From Planctomycetota bacterium (GTDB taxonomy: Bacteria; Planctomycetota; JACQVV01; JASMLP01), in NCBI GenBank assembly GCA_030748635.1, contig JASMLP010000135.1, forward strand, positions 11,862 to 75,861: a DNA stretch of 64,000 nucleotides, given 5' to 3'. The notes under the pieces were generated by a model. That model made no database searches and was not told where the DNA came from. It saw nothing but the letters and a program-made list of their open reading frames with translations. A program made the position numbers and the translations under genes. Shown here one piece after another: positions 18,353 to 26,958 of this stretch (the first letter of the stretch is position 1; the number at the start of each line of letters is the position of its first letter).

Positions 18353-19534
18353 TCAGAACGCGTTGAACAAAACGCTTGTGAATAGGGAGATCGGAGCCTG
18401 TTCACGAGCATCCTCGACCGAGTGCAAAATCGATCGGACAGCCCGCCGGAGATCGACATAGAGAGCGTCGTCCCGCATCACCTTGCCCAGCGTTCCTTTC
18501 CCCGAACGCATATCTCGGGTCATCACCTGGATATCGTCCACGGTTCCCAGCAACTTGGAGTAGAGTTCCCCGTCCACGAGAAGTTTTCCCAGGGTGCCTT
18601 CACCCCGCCTCAACCCTCCGGTGACTTCACGTACATTCTCGACACTTTCCTTGAGAGCCAGACGTACTTCATCATCCTTGAACAACATCCCGATCGTCCC
18701 CTCTCCCGCCTGCACTCCCGCAACCAGAGAGTCGACGCGTTCGAGAGCCTTCGACCCCTTGGCAAGCGACTCGCTCAAGTCTTCGTACAGAGAAGGGTCT
18801 TTCAACAGTTTCCCTAGCGTTCCCTTGCCTTCGCGTAAGTCGGAGGTGATCTCCTTCAGATCGGCGACCACCGTTTCGAGGTCCTCATGAAGTTGATCCT
18901 CGGTCATGATCTTGCCCAGAGTCCCCTTCCCGGAACGCATCTCGGAAACCATCTGCCGCAAATCGTCAATCGTGCCGTGCAAGGAGTCGTAGAGAGCTTG
19001 ATCTTTCATCAACTTCCCGATCGTACCCTCCCCGGTGTTGAGTCGCTCGATCACTTGCCGAAGTTGGTCGATCGCCTCCCGTACGTTGAGACGGTTTTCG
19101 GCAATCAGGGTGCTCACCGATGTGGACATGTTGGGTTCAGATCTTCCTACGAGAAAGTCCGGTTCTACGACCGGAAGTTTGGAATCTCCCACATCGATTT
19201 CGACATGACGCCCCCCCATGATCTCGGTGGTCCTTACCACCACGGAGTAATCCTCATGGAAGGTGAGCTTCTTCTTCACCTTGATCGCCGCCTCCACTTC
19301 GCCCGTATCCAGAAGCGCCAGGGAGGCGACCCTCCCGACATCGAGACCACTTACGAAAACTTTCGCACCGCTATCAATGCCACCCGCATCCTGAAATCGG
19401 ACGGTGTATTTGGAATACACGACTTTCGAATCGGAAAAAACATCGATCCCAAAATCGTCCACAATGACGGTGAAGTAAAAGAGGACGCCCAGAGCGGCAA
19501 AAAAGATAAATCCAACAATAATTTCCTGCTTCAC
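18353..19534 (-). CDS. mlaD: MlaD/MCE-family periplasmic substrate-binding protein with C-terminal tandem repeats
   Basis: An N-terminal TM anchor precedes the MCE domain (VRFQDAGGIDSGAKVFVSGLDVGRV). It is followed by about six repeats of roughly 35 aa each, of the form G[EK]GT[LI]GK[LIV][LM]KD..LY.DL. Confidence 0.8.
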   Translation of the reverse strand: MKQEIIVGFIFFAALGVLFYFTVIVDDFGIDVFSDSKVVYSKYTVRFQDAGGIDSGAKVFVSGLDVGRVASLALLDTGEVEAAIKVKKKLTFHEDYSVVVRTTEIMGGRHVEIDVGDSKLPVVEPDFLVGRSEPNMSTSVSTLIAENRLNVREAIDQLRQVIERLNTGEGTIGKLMKDQALYDSLHGTIDDLRQMVSEMRSGKGTLGKIMTEDQLHEDLETVVADLKEITSDLREGKGTLGKLLKDPSLYEDLSESLAKGSKALERVDSLVAGVQAGEGTIGMLFKDDEVRLALKESVENVREVTGGLRRGEGTLGKLLVDGELYSKLLGTVDDIQVMTRDMRSGKGTLGKVMRDDALYVDLRRAVRSILHSVEDAREQAPISLFTSVLFNAF

Positions 19535-19547
19535 CCGATGCTCCTTG

Positions 19548-20354
19548 TTACGAGTCTTTGACTCGCGCCGTTTTTTTCGATCCCGTAAACGGATCGGTCG
19601 AACTTTCCGCTGTCAGGGGCCCCTTGGTATCGCCCTGAATGAATTGGCGAACGAAGGGATTGGTAGTGGAACGGATCTCATCGGGAGTTCCCTCCTCGAT
19701 GATCTGTCCTTCGTAAAGCATACCGATCCGATCGGCAACCCGGTAGGCACTGGCCATATCGTGGGTCACGACAATCGAAGTCACCCCCAATTCCGTTTGC
19801 AAATCCCGAATCACCTCGTCGATCTGACTGGACATCACCGGATCCAACCCCGAAGTCGGTTCGTCATAAAGGACCAGTTCAGGGTCCCGGATGATGGCAC
19901 GAGCAAGCCCCGCCCGTTTTTTCATACCGCCAGATAAATTTTCCGGCAACTTGTCTTCCGCGTCTTGCAACCCAACGAGAGCCAATTTTTCCCGAACCCG
20001 ACGCAAGACCTCCGACCGCGAGAGTTGTCGTTCGTGTTCGATGAGGGGAAGAGCCACGTTCTCGCCCACAGTCATCCAGTTGAGCAGTGCACCGGATTGG
20101 AATAGATACCCCATCCGTTTGCGTAAACCTCTCAACTGTCGGTCCTGAAACCCGACCATATTGATCCCATCGATAAGGATCTTTCCCCTATCGGCTTTCA
20201 ACAGGCCGACCAGATGCTTGAGAGTCACGCTTTTTCCGGTACCACTCCGCCCGATGATGCAGTAGGTCTGACCCTGCGGAATCTCTAGACTCAAGGAGTT
20301 CAGAATCTGGCGACCACCCAGTTCTTTGAAAACGTTTTCGAGAAGAATATGCAT
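19548..20354 (-). CDS. mlaF: ABC transporter ATP-binding protein MlaF-like
   Basis: Walker A (GRSGTGKS), ABC signature (LSGGMKKRAGLARA), Walker B (LVLYDEPTSGLD) and an H-loop (VTHD) are all present. Confidence 0.85.
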   Translation of the reverse strand: MHILLENVFKELGGRQILNSLSLEIPQGQTYCIIGRSGTGKSVTLKHLVGLLKADRGKILIDGINMVGFQDRQLRGLRKRMGYLFQSGALLNWMTVGENVALPLIEHERQLSRSEVLRRVREKLALVGLQDAEDKLPENLSGGMKKRAGLARAIIRDPELVLYDEPTSGLDPVMSSQIDEVIRDLQTELGVTSIVVTHDMASAYRVADRIGMLYEGQIIEEGTPDEIRSTTNPFVRQFIQGDTKGPLTAESSTDPFTGSKKTARVKDS

Positions 20355-20388
20355 TTGCGATTCGCCTTTGTCCCCTACTCGATCCGGC

Positions 20389-21192
20389 TCAGTAAAAGAA
20401 CCGGTTGATCACGCTCGACATGAAGTAGTTGAGCATAAGAATGAACAGAAAACTATCGACCACCGCTTTCCGGGAGGCTTTTCCGACTCCAACAGCTCCC
20501 TGACTCGTACGCAATCCGTTTGAACATCCGATCACCGCAATCGTGCAACCAAAAACGGCGCTCTTGAAAAGACCTCCATAGAAGATCTCCAGCGTAGTCT
20601 TGGGGTCTTCGAGATATTCAAAAATTTTGCCGAAATAGACCGAATATTCCACCCCGATCTGAAGGTTGGCCACGATCGAACCGCCCAGGACCCCCACGAA
20701 ATTCGTGAACACGGTCAACACGGGCGCAAAGATCACCAACGAAATGATTCGAGGCATCACCAGAAACCGAACCGGATCGATCGACATGACCCGAAGAGCG
20801 TCCACCTCTTCGCTCACATTCATGGTGCCGATCTCCGCGGCCATCGCACTCCCCACTCGACCCGCCAAGATGAAAGCGCACATAAACGGCCCCATCTCCC
20901 GACACAGGGTCACCAGAATCACGGTCCCGAGAAATCCCTCGATGTTATAGCGCTGCAACACGAGTCCGGTCTGGAGCGCCAAGATCATTCCGGTGAAAAG
21001 AGCCACCACCAGAGTGATTCCCACACTCTGAACTCCGCAAATGTACAGTTGCGATGCAATCGACTTTCGCTTCTCGAAGATCCCTCCCAGACAAGCGACC
21101 GATCGCAAAAAGAGGGTGAGTGAATACCCGGCCTTGAACGCCGTATCGAGGATCTGACTGCCGATGGCTTCAAAAGGGCGCAGGAGAATCAT
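20389..21192 (-). CDS. mlaE: ABC transporter permease MlaE-like
   Basis: 267 aa polytopic permease with the conserved MlaE region ...MGPFMCAFILAGRVGSAMAAEIGTM... Confidence 0.85.
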   Translation of the reverse strand: MILLRPFEAIGSQILDTAFKAGYSLTLFLRSVACLGGIFEKRKSIASQLYICGVQSVGITLVVALFTGMILALQTGLVLQRYNIEGFLGTVILVTLCREMGPFMCAFILAGRVGSAMAAEIGTMNVSEEVDALRVMSIDPVRFLVMPRIISLVIFAPVLTVFTNFVGVLGGSIVANLQIGVEYSVYFGKIFEYLEDPKTTLEIFYGGLFKSAVFGCTIAVIGCSNGLRTSQGAVGVGKASRKAVVDSFLFILMLNYFMSSVINRFFY

Positions 21193-22724
21193 TTTTCCCC
21201 TCCCAGAGGGATCGATGGCAAGTAGAACAACCGGACAGCCTTCCCCTTGGGACCGTGTGAAAACTCGAACAGCCCCTCCAAAAAGGAAAAACGTCGAGCG
21301 TTCCAGGACTCTTCGCCCGGAGTTCGGCTTCTATCGTAGCGAAACCCAAGAATTCGGTCGCTAGCCGAATCGGCTTCTCGCCGGTGTTCAATCGTCGGTC
21401 CGAGGACATTCCAGCGCACCTCTCCGGTCGGACGAGACTCGTATTGAAAAATCCGGACCAGATCTCCGTACGACCAGTCCAGCCCCTCCGGACGATAGTC
21501 CTCGAAGAATAGCGGCTCGATCGCCCGAATGCGAACGCTACCGTCCCGCTCCCGCTTCCGGTGGAACAGTGGCCAGATCCTCGTCGTAGCGTCGGTCTCT
21601 CCGTTATCCAGATATTGACTTTTTTCCAGCGCCACAAACGGAACGAATAAATGCTTTTGCCGATGATATCGCCCGGTCTCATAACGCCACCGCCATAAAA
21701 ACGGAAAAAGCAGTTGATCCCTCCTGAATCCTTCCTCGACTCTCCGCCCCCAGAAGGGCCAGATGCGAGTTTCCTGAACATCCGGGCCTTTGACGTAACG
21801 GAAAAACGGATAAGGGGCATCCACATGCCGATAACCTCGCCGATGATCCACCGTCACGTTGACCAGAGGATAGAGAACGCTATGAGTACTGGCGCCGGTT
21901 GAAACCCGCCTCCCATAAAAGGGGAAGAGGAAAAACACCTTCTCGGGAGTCTCGCTCTGAATCGCGTTGGTTTGCGTGTGTATGAAAGGCCACAGGTACC
22001 ATCGACGATCGTAAAGACCTTCTCGTTGGCTCATTCCATAAAATGGCCAATAGGTCCGGACCTTCCGGGTCGGCCCATCGCCAACGGAATAAAACGGCCA
22101 AAAAATATTCTTTGTCTCGTACTTTCCCACCCGGGTATCGAAGTAAAAGGGAAACAGACCAAAACGCATCCGATCCTTGGCAAAAAGCCCCTTCAACGTG
22201 CCAAAAAACGGGAAAAAAGCGGTATACGAACCCTGCCTCGGATCGTCTCCCCAGAACAAAAAAGGGAAGATAAAACGATCTCGATCCCAGGTGCCGTCGA
22301 TTCCCCGAAAATCTCGGGAGTAGTAAAAAGGGAGGTATTGATGAACCACATCGTCCGATCGGCGGTTAGAGCGGCCAAATGGCCACAGGATCAGCAGTTC
22401 GTCAGAATCTTCCTCTTCCCCTCCACGGGTATACCGAAACAGAGGTCGGACACCGAAAACCGTCTTGTCTTCATCTGACCAGGACATCCCTAGTGGCCAG
22501 AAAGCCTCCGTGTTTCGAATCTCTCGGCCATCTTGAGTTTGAATCTCTGTCCGGAAAAAAGGGCCAAACGAAAGCCCACGAGTCACTCCTCCAGTCGGCC
22601 CCCGACCTTCCATGGGAGCAGAGGTACACCCTGAGAGCATGACAGAGATTGCCATGACCAGCCTGAGCAGGCACCTGGAGATTTTCATCTCCTCGAATCC
22701 ATCTCCCTGTCTCTCCTCGAACAA
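21189..22724 (-). CDS. Repeat-rich lipoprotein (about 14 copies of a [WF]PF[YFW]G-type aromatic motif), translationally coupled to mlaE
   Basis: 511 aa with a signal peptide and an LSGC lipobox. Recurrent motifs include LWPFG, IFPFLFWG, FFPFFG, FWPFYS, YWPFYG, IWPFWGRR and LFPFLWRW. Its stop overlaps the mlaE start by 4 nt. No known family recognised. Confidence 0.6.
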   Translation of the reverse strand: MFEERQGDGFEEMKISRCLLRLVMAISVMLSGCTSAPMEGRGPTGGVTRGLSFGPFFRTEIQTQDGREIRNTEAFWPLGMSWSDEDKTVFGVRPLFRYTRGGEEEDSDELLILWPFGRSNRRSDDVVHQYLPFYYSRDFRGIDGTWDRDRFIFPFLFWGDDPRQGSYTAFFPFFGTLKGLFAKDRMRFGLFPFYFDTRVGKYETKNIFWPFYSVGDGPTRKVRTYWPFYGMSQREGLYDRRWYLWPFIHTQTNAIQSETPEKVFFLFPFYGRRVSTGASTHSVLYPLVNVTVDHRRGYRHVDAPYPFFRYVKGPDVQETRIWPFWGRRVEEGFRRDQLLFPFLWRWRYETGRYHRQKHLFVPFVALEKSQYLDNGETDATTRIWPLFHRKRERDGSVRIRAIEPLFFEDYRPEGLDWSYGDLVRIFQYESRPTGEVRWNVLGPTIEHRREADSASDRILGFRYDRSRTPGEESWNARRFSFLEGLFEFSHGPKGKAVRLFYLPSIPLGGEK

Positions 22725-22880
22725 TCCGTGTTCCCCAGAGGGTCGTGACGACTATCTAAAACGCATGTCCTCGATTTCGAGGACTTCCAAGGACGCTTAT
22801 TTTAGGTATCTCAGACAAACTCCCCAAGCGGAAAAAGTTTTCCTTCGGAGAATTCACCCCTCGGTTCTTCTTCCATCGGC

Positions 22881-22910
22881 TTGACATCACGGTTTCATCA
22901 ATCGTACATT
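22881..22910 (+). promoter_or_regulatory. Putative sigma-70-type promoter for the TPR/metallopeptidase gene
   Basis: TTGACA at 22881-22886, an 18 nt spacer and TACATT at 22905-22910, about 50 nt upstream of the ATG at 22960. Confidence 0.3.
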
Positions 22911-22959
22911 TCTATTAATTAAGACTTTGATCCCTACCTTCCGACTGGGTTTTGGATAG

Positions 22960-25857
22960 GTGATGCCCCGCTCGAAATCGATGGTGTCCGCTCTACTCTT
23001 TCTCTGCATCCTGTTGCCGTCATCTGTAGGCACCGGACAGGAAGACTCCACCGATTTCCAAAACATACTGACGCGAGCAAAAGACCTGCTTCGGCGTGGA
23101 AGTCATGAAACCGCGTTAAGAACTCTCCGGAAAATTCCCGACGAGTCCGAACTTTCCCGTCCGAAAACGCTTCTTCAGTTCCGGATTCTCAGAACCCTAG
23201 GCCGAATCGATGACCTCGAGTCGATGCTCCGAAAGAGGCTGACAAAACACCCAAAAGAACCACTCTCCTGGGCGCTTCTGGGCGAAGTTCTTGCTCATCG
23301 TGGCCGACGAGGCCCCGCGCGACAAGCCTTCGAAAAAGCCCTCACGAACGACCCCAAAAACATCCCAGCCCTCTTTGGACGCGCCCACCTCGATTTCCAG
23401 TCTGGAAAACGGACTCAAGCCCTATCCACATTCCTTGAACTAAAAAAACGCTATTTCAGAGAGTCGATCCAGAATCCCAGGGACCTCCTTTTCATAGGGA
23501 AAGGGGCCCGTATCCTGGGCATGCGGACCGAGACCGAACCTCGCACCAGCGCCCTGGAATTCGTAACCATCGAGATCATGCCCGAGATTATCGATCGAGA
23601 CTCGACCTATGCGGAAGCCTACGAAGAGATGGGGCGTGTTTGGTTAGATGCATACGACACCCCGGCCGCCAAAGAAAATTACCAGGATGCGAGCAAAGCC
23701 ATCGTAGATAACCCTCTTCTCCTGACCGGTCTGGCTCACGCCTACCTCCAGCGTTTCTCCATGCGACCACGAGCCGTTCCCATCTTGAACCGCGCCCTGG
23801 CCATCAATCCGAACTTCTTGCCGGCACACGCCACCCTCGCCGCCATTCATGCCGGTGATGAAGAGTACGCCAAAGCCCGCAAACATATCGACCACATCCT
23901 GCGCATCAATCCGGACCACCTCGAAGGATTATCCTTGCTAGCAGGATTCCATCTTCTACGTGGAGAAGACAAACCCTACGCGGAGATCGAAAGGAAAGTC
24001 TTAGGTCTCAACCCGAAATACGGTCAGTTCTATTTCACGGTCGCTGAACTCGTTCTCTCAAAACGCCAGTTTCAACAGGCGGTATCTCTGCTGCATCGCT
24101 CCATCGAGTTAGACCCGAAACTCTGGCACGCTCAGATCGAATTAGGGCAAAACTATCTGCGAACAGGTGACGAGGAAAAAGCCCGAAAGGTCCTCGAAGA
24201 GGTATTTCGAGAATTCCCTTATCACACCCAAACCAAAAACGTCCTTCGCCTCCTCGAAACTTACGACGATTACGTTGTAGAGCGTCATGGCCCCTTTCGC
24301 GTCCGCCTACACAATTCCGAAGACAAGGTCATCCGGCCCTATCTGAACGACCTGCTCGACCGAAGCTACCGTGACCTTCAGAAGCGCTACCAATTCACGC
24401 CCGAAGGCCCTTTGCTGATCGAAATGTTTCATGATCACCAAGATTTTGCGGTCCGAAGCGTGGGCATCATGGGTCTTGGCGCACTGGGAGTTTGTTTCGG
24501 CAAAGTCGTCACTCTCGACAGCCCCAAGGCCCGCAACGGGAAATTCAACTGGGCCTCCACGACATGGCACGAATTAGCCCATGTATTTACACTTCAAATG
24601 TCTGATTATCGTGTTCCAAGATGGTTCACTGAAGGACTCTCAGGACTCGAAGAGAAACACACCCACCCATCGTGGCTCCGAGAAAAATATATCCCTCTAC
24701 ATCGGGCCTGGAGCAGCGGTCGCCTGCGTGGCATCGAAACCCTGAATGCCGGCTTCACTCGCCCCCGATTCGGAGGAGAGGTCATCCTCTGCTATTTTCA
24801 GGCAGCGCTGGTGTGTGAATTCATCGAAAACACCTTTGGCTGGGACAAGATTCTCGACATGCTCCGTGGCTACGCCGACCGGAAGAATACCACCGAAATT
24901 TTACGAGAAGTCCTCAAGGTAAACCCCAAGGAGTTCGACTCGAGATTCATCGCTTACCTGAAACAGAACTACTTTGATCGAATCCGAATCCTTCCCTCAT
25001 TCTCCGAGGAGACCAAGGAAGACCTCAAGGATCTACTCGAAGATTCGCCAGAAGATGACACGAACCGCCTACGACTGGCCATCGCCTATTACGAACGCGG
25101 CAACCTCATCGATGCCAGCGCGCAAGCCGGAAGAATCCGAAAACGTGACGCGAAAACCCATCTCTTACTAGGTCAAATCGCTTATCGCCAAAAAGCCTAC
25201 GGACGATCTCGAGAACTCCTCCAAAAAGCGTTCGACATGGGATTCCACACCTATCAAGCCCACCTCATGATGGGTTCGATGTACAGCAACACTTCTCCAG
25301 ACCCCAAACGGGCCATCCACCATTTTCGCGAGGCCAAAAAGGCCTTTCCCTGGGCTGTCGGGCCTCAGAGCCCCCATCTACGACTATGGATGATGTACCA
25401 AAAGACAGGAAACATTCCGGCGGCCTTGCAGGAACTCGTGGAATACGTCGAGATCACAGGGGAAGACTTCAAGCATCGAGTAATACTTGCCAAAGGTCTC
25501 CTCGAGCAGGGCCAGACTCGCCAAGCTCTTCGGTATTTGCAGGAATCGATCGAAACCAATTTCTACAACCTTGAAGTGCACCGACTCCTTGCCGACACCC
25601 TACGATCAACCCACGATCTGGATCTCGCGTTGCGGGAAGCTCGCACCTGTGTCGAACTCTCTACCGATAAAGATCGGCATCTAGATCAAACACGATTGGC
25701 AGCCATTCACATCGACCGAAAGGAGTGGAAAGCTGCCCGATTCATCCTCGAAGACATCCTTGAATCTCACCCCGATTACGATCCGGCACAAGCCCTGTTC
25801 AAGAATATCCAAGAAAACAGTTCGGCTGAGCCCAAGGATCGTGAGAAAGATAAATAG
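22960..25857 (+). CDS. Secreted TPR-repeat protein with an embedded HExxH zinc-metallopeptidase-like (MA clan) domain
   Basis: 965 aa with a signal peptide. TPR repeats occupy both the N- and C-terminal thirds. The central region contains WHELAHVFT...WFTEGLSGLEEK, an HExxH motif with a downstream Glu. Confidence 0.7.
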   Translation: MMPRSKSMVSALLFLCILLPSSVGTGQEDSTDFQNILTRAKDLLRRGSHETALRTLRKIPDESELSRPKTLLQFRILRTLGRIDDLESMLRKRLTKHPKEPLSWALLGEVLAHRGRRGPARQAFEKALTNDPKNIPALFGRAHLDFQSGKRTQALSTFLELKKRYFRESIQNPRDLLFIGKGARILGMRTETEPRTSALEFVTIEIMPEIIDRDSTYAEAYEEMGRVWLDAYDTPAAKENYQDASKAIVDNPLLLTGLAHAYLQRFSMRPRAVPILNRALAINPNFLPAHATLAAIHAGDEEYAKARKHIDHILRINPDHLEGLSLLAGFHLLRGEDKPYAEIERKVLGLNPKYGQFYFTVAELVLSKRQFQQAVSLLHRSIELDPKLWHAQIELGQNYLRTGDEEKARKVLEEVFREFPYHTQTKNVLRLLETYDDYVVERHGPFRVRLHNSEDKVIRPYLNDLLDRSYRDLQKRYQFTPEGPLLIEMFHDHQDFAVRSVGIMGLGALGVCFGKVVTLDSPKARNGKFNWASTTWHELAHVFTLQMSDYRVPRWFTEGLSGLEEKHTHPSWLREKYIPLHRAWSSGRLRGIETLNAGFTRPRFGGEVILCYFQAALVCEFIENTFGWDKILDMLRGYADRKNTTEILREVLKVNPKEFDSRFIAYLKQNYFDRIRILPSFSEETKEDLKDLLEDSPEDDTNRLRLAIAYYERGNLIDASAQAGRIRKRDAKTHLLLGQIAYRQKAYGRSRELLQKAFDMGFHTYQAHLMMGSMYSNTSPDPKRAIHHFREAKKAFPWAVGPQSPHLRLWMMYQKTGNIPAALQELVEYVEITGEDFKHRVILAKGLLEQGQTRQALRYLQESIETNFYNLEVHRLLADTLRSTHDLDLALREARTCVELSTDKDRHLDQTRLAAIHIDRKEWKAARFILEDILESHPDYDPAQALFKNIQENSSAEPKDREKDK

Positions 25858-25899
25858 GGGAAATTCCCTTAAAATTTCACTTCTGAAACGTACTGTCTC

Positions 25900-25928
25900 T
25901 TGACAGAGAACCGCCAGAAACGTACCAT
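25900..25928 (+). promoter_or_regulatory. Putative promoter upstream of the coiled-coil/HD-GYP gene pair
   Basis: TTGACA, a 17 nt spacer and TACCAT. It is embedded in a short dyad (TCTCT tgac AGAGA) and flanked by the direct repeat AAACGTAC. It lies about 160 nt upstream of 26092. Confidence 0.25.
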
Positions 25929-26091
25929 TCTTTTCAACACTGTGGAGTTCACACCTGAGCATTCGTAAGCGCTTCGACAGCAAGGGTTTAAACTAAGAAT
26001 AATCGTCGTTCCATTCGAGGGGACCGCCAAACTGGCGTTCGTATGGTTCTACATTTGATACCAGCATTAGCAGGGGGAAGAGGGAGACACG

Positions 26092-26958
26092 ATGAGTCCT
26101 GATGTAGGATCCATCGCTTCAGCGAATCAGACCGTTCCTGATGGAACGACTGATCGCGTCGCTGAAGATCAAGCCACGCAACGTTACGCGTTGCTGGAAG
26201 ATCTTCGTGTTCTCACCCGAAGCCAGCTTTCCCAAGCCCTCGACGCCACCGGCGAAGTCGTTAGTGATCTCGAACGAGTGGGCGAAGGTATTCAAGACAC
26301 ACTCCACGATCTACGCAGTCGTATCGGCAAAGAACGAGATCTCTCGTGCCAAATCGAAGGGTCATCCCGTGATGTACTCGAACTGGCAGCCACAGGAACC
26401 GAGGAGGCCCTCCGAACCCTGTTCGATGCCCGAATCAAAATCGATGCTCTGGAGCACCAGATCAACGAACTCTGCGACCAAAACAGCGATCTCCAGCAAT
26501 CCAACCGAGAGCTCGAACAAAACCTCTCCCAGGAAAGAGAAAACAACCAGAGCCTCGAGCTACGGCAAGAGCAGTTACGCAGGCAACATCAGGAAAAAAT
26601 TATCCGTCTCCAGGAATGTATCGATCAACAAGAAACGGCTCTCGAAGAGCAGGTCGAAAAATTTCAACTCACCGCCGAGGCACTCGAAAATTCCAAAAAC
26701 GTGGAGATCGAATTTCGGAATCAACTTTCCGATCGCGACTCCCACATCGAATCTCTTCAGCAGGAGATTGCGACTCAGAGCCAATCCATTTCCGATCTGG
26801 AAGAAGAGATCGTTCAGACCCGGCGCGAAACGGCACAAGCCATCGAATCTTTCATGAACCTGGAAGAATCTCTCAAAACCGGAGCCAAAGCCAAAGCCCA
26901 TCTGCGCATTCTGTACGAAAAATCCCGTGAAGGGAAAGAAAAGACGGGAACGGCGTAA
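26092..26958 (+). CDS. Coiled-coil protein (Glu/Gln/Leu-rich), no enzymatic domain recognised
   Basis: 288 aa with continuous heptad-like, E/Q/L/R-rich low-complexity sequence. Its stop overlaps the next gene's start (TAATG). Confidence 0.55.
   Translation: MSPDVGSIASANQTVPDGTTDRVAEDQATQRYALLEDLRVLTRSQLSQALDATGEVVSDLERVGEGIQDTLHDLRSRIGKERDLSCQIEGSSRDVLELAATGTEEALRTLFDARIKIDALEHQINELCDQNSDLQQSNRELEQNLSQERENNQSLELRQEQLRRQHQEKIIRLQECIDQQETALEEQVEKFQLTAEALENSKNVEIEFRNQLSDRDSHIESLQQEIATQSQSISDLEEEIVQTRRETAQAIESFMNLEESLKTGAKAKAHLRILYEKSREGKEKTGTA

Noticed and set aside
25858-25875. GGGAAATTCCC palindrome right after the TPR-peptidase stop
   Set aside because: The stem would have a 1-nt loop and is not followed by a U-run, so it is unlikely to be a functional intrinsic terminator.
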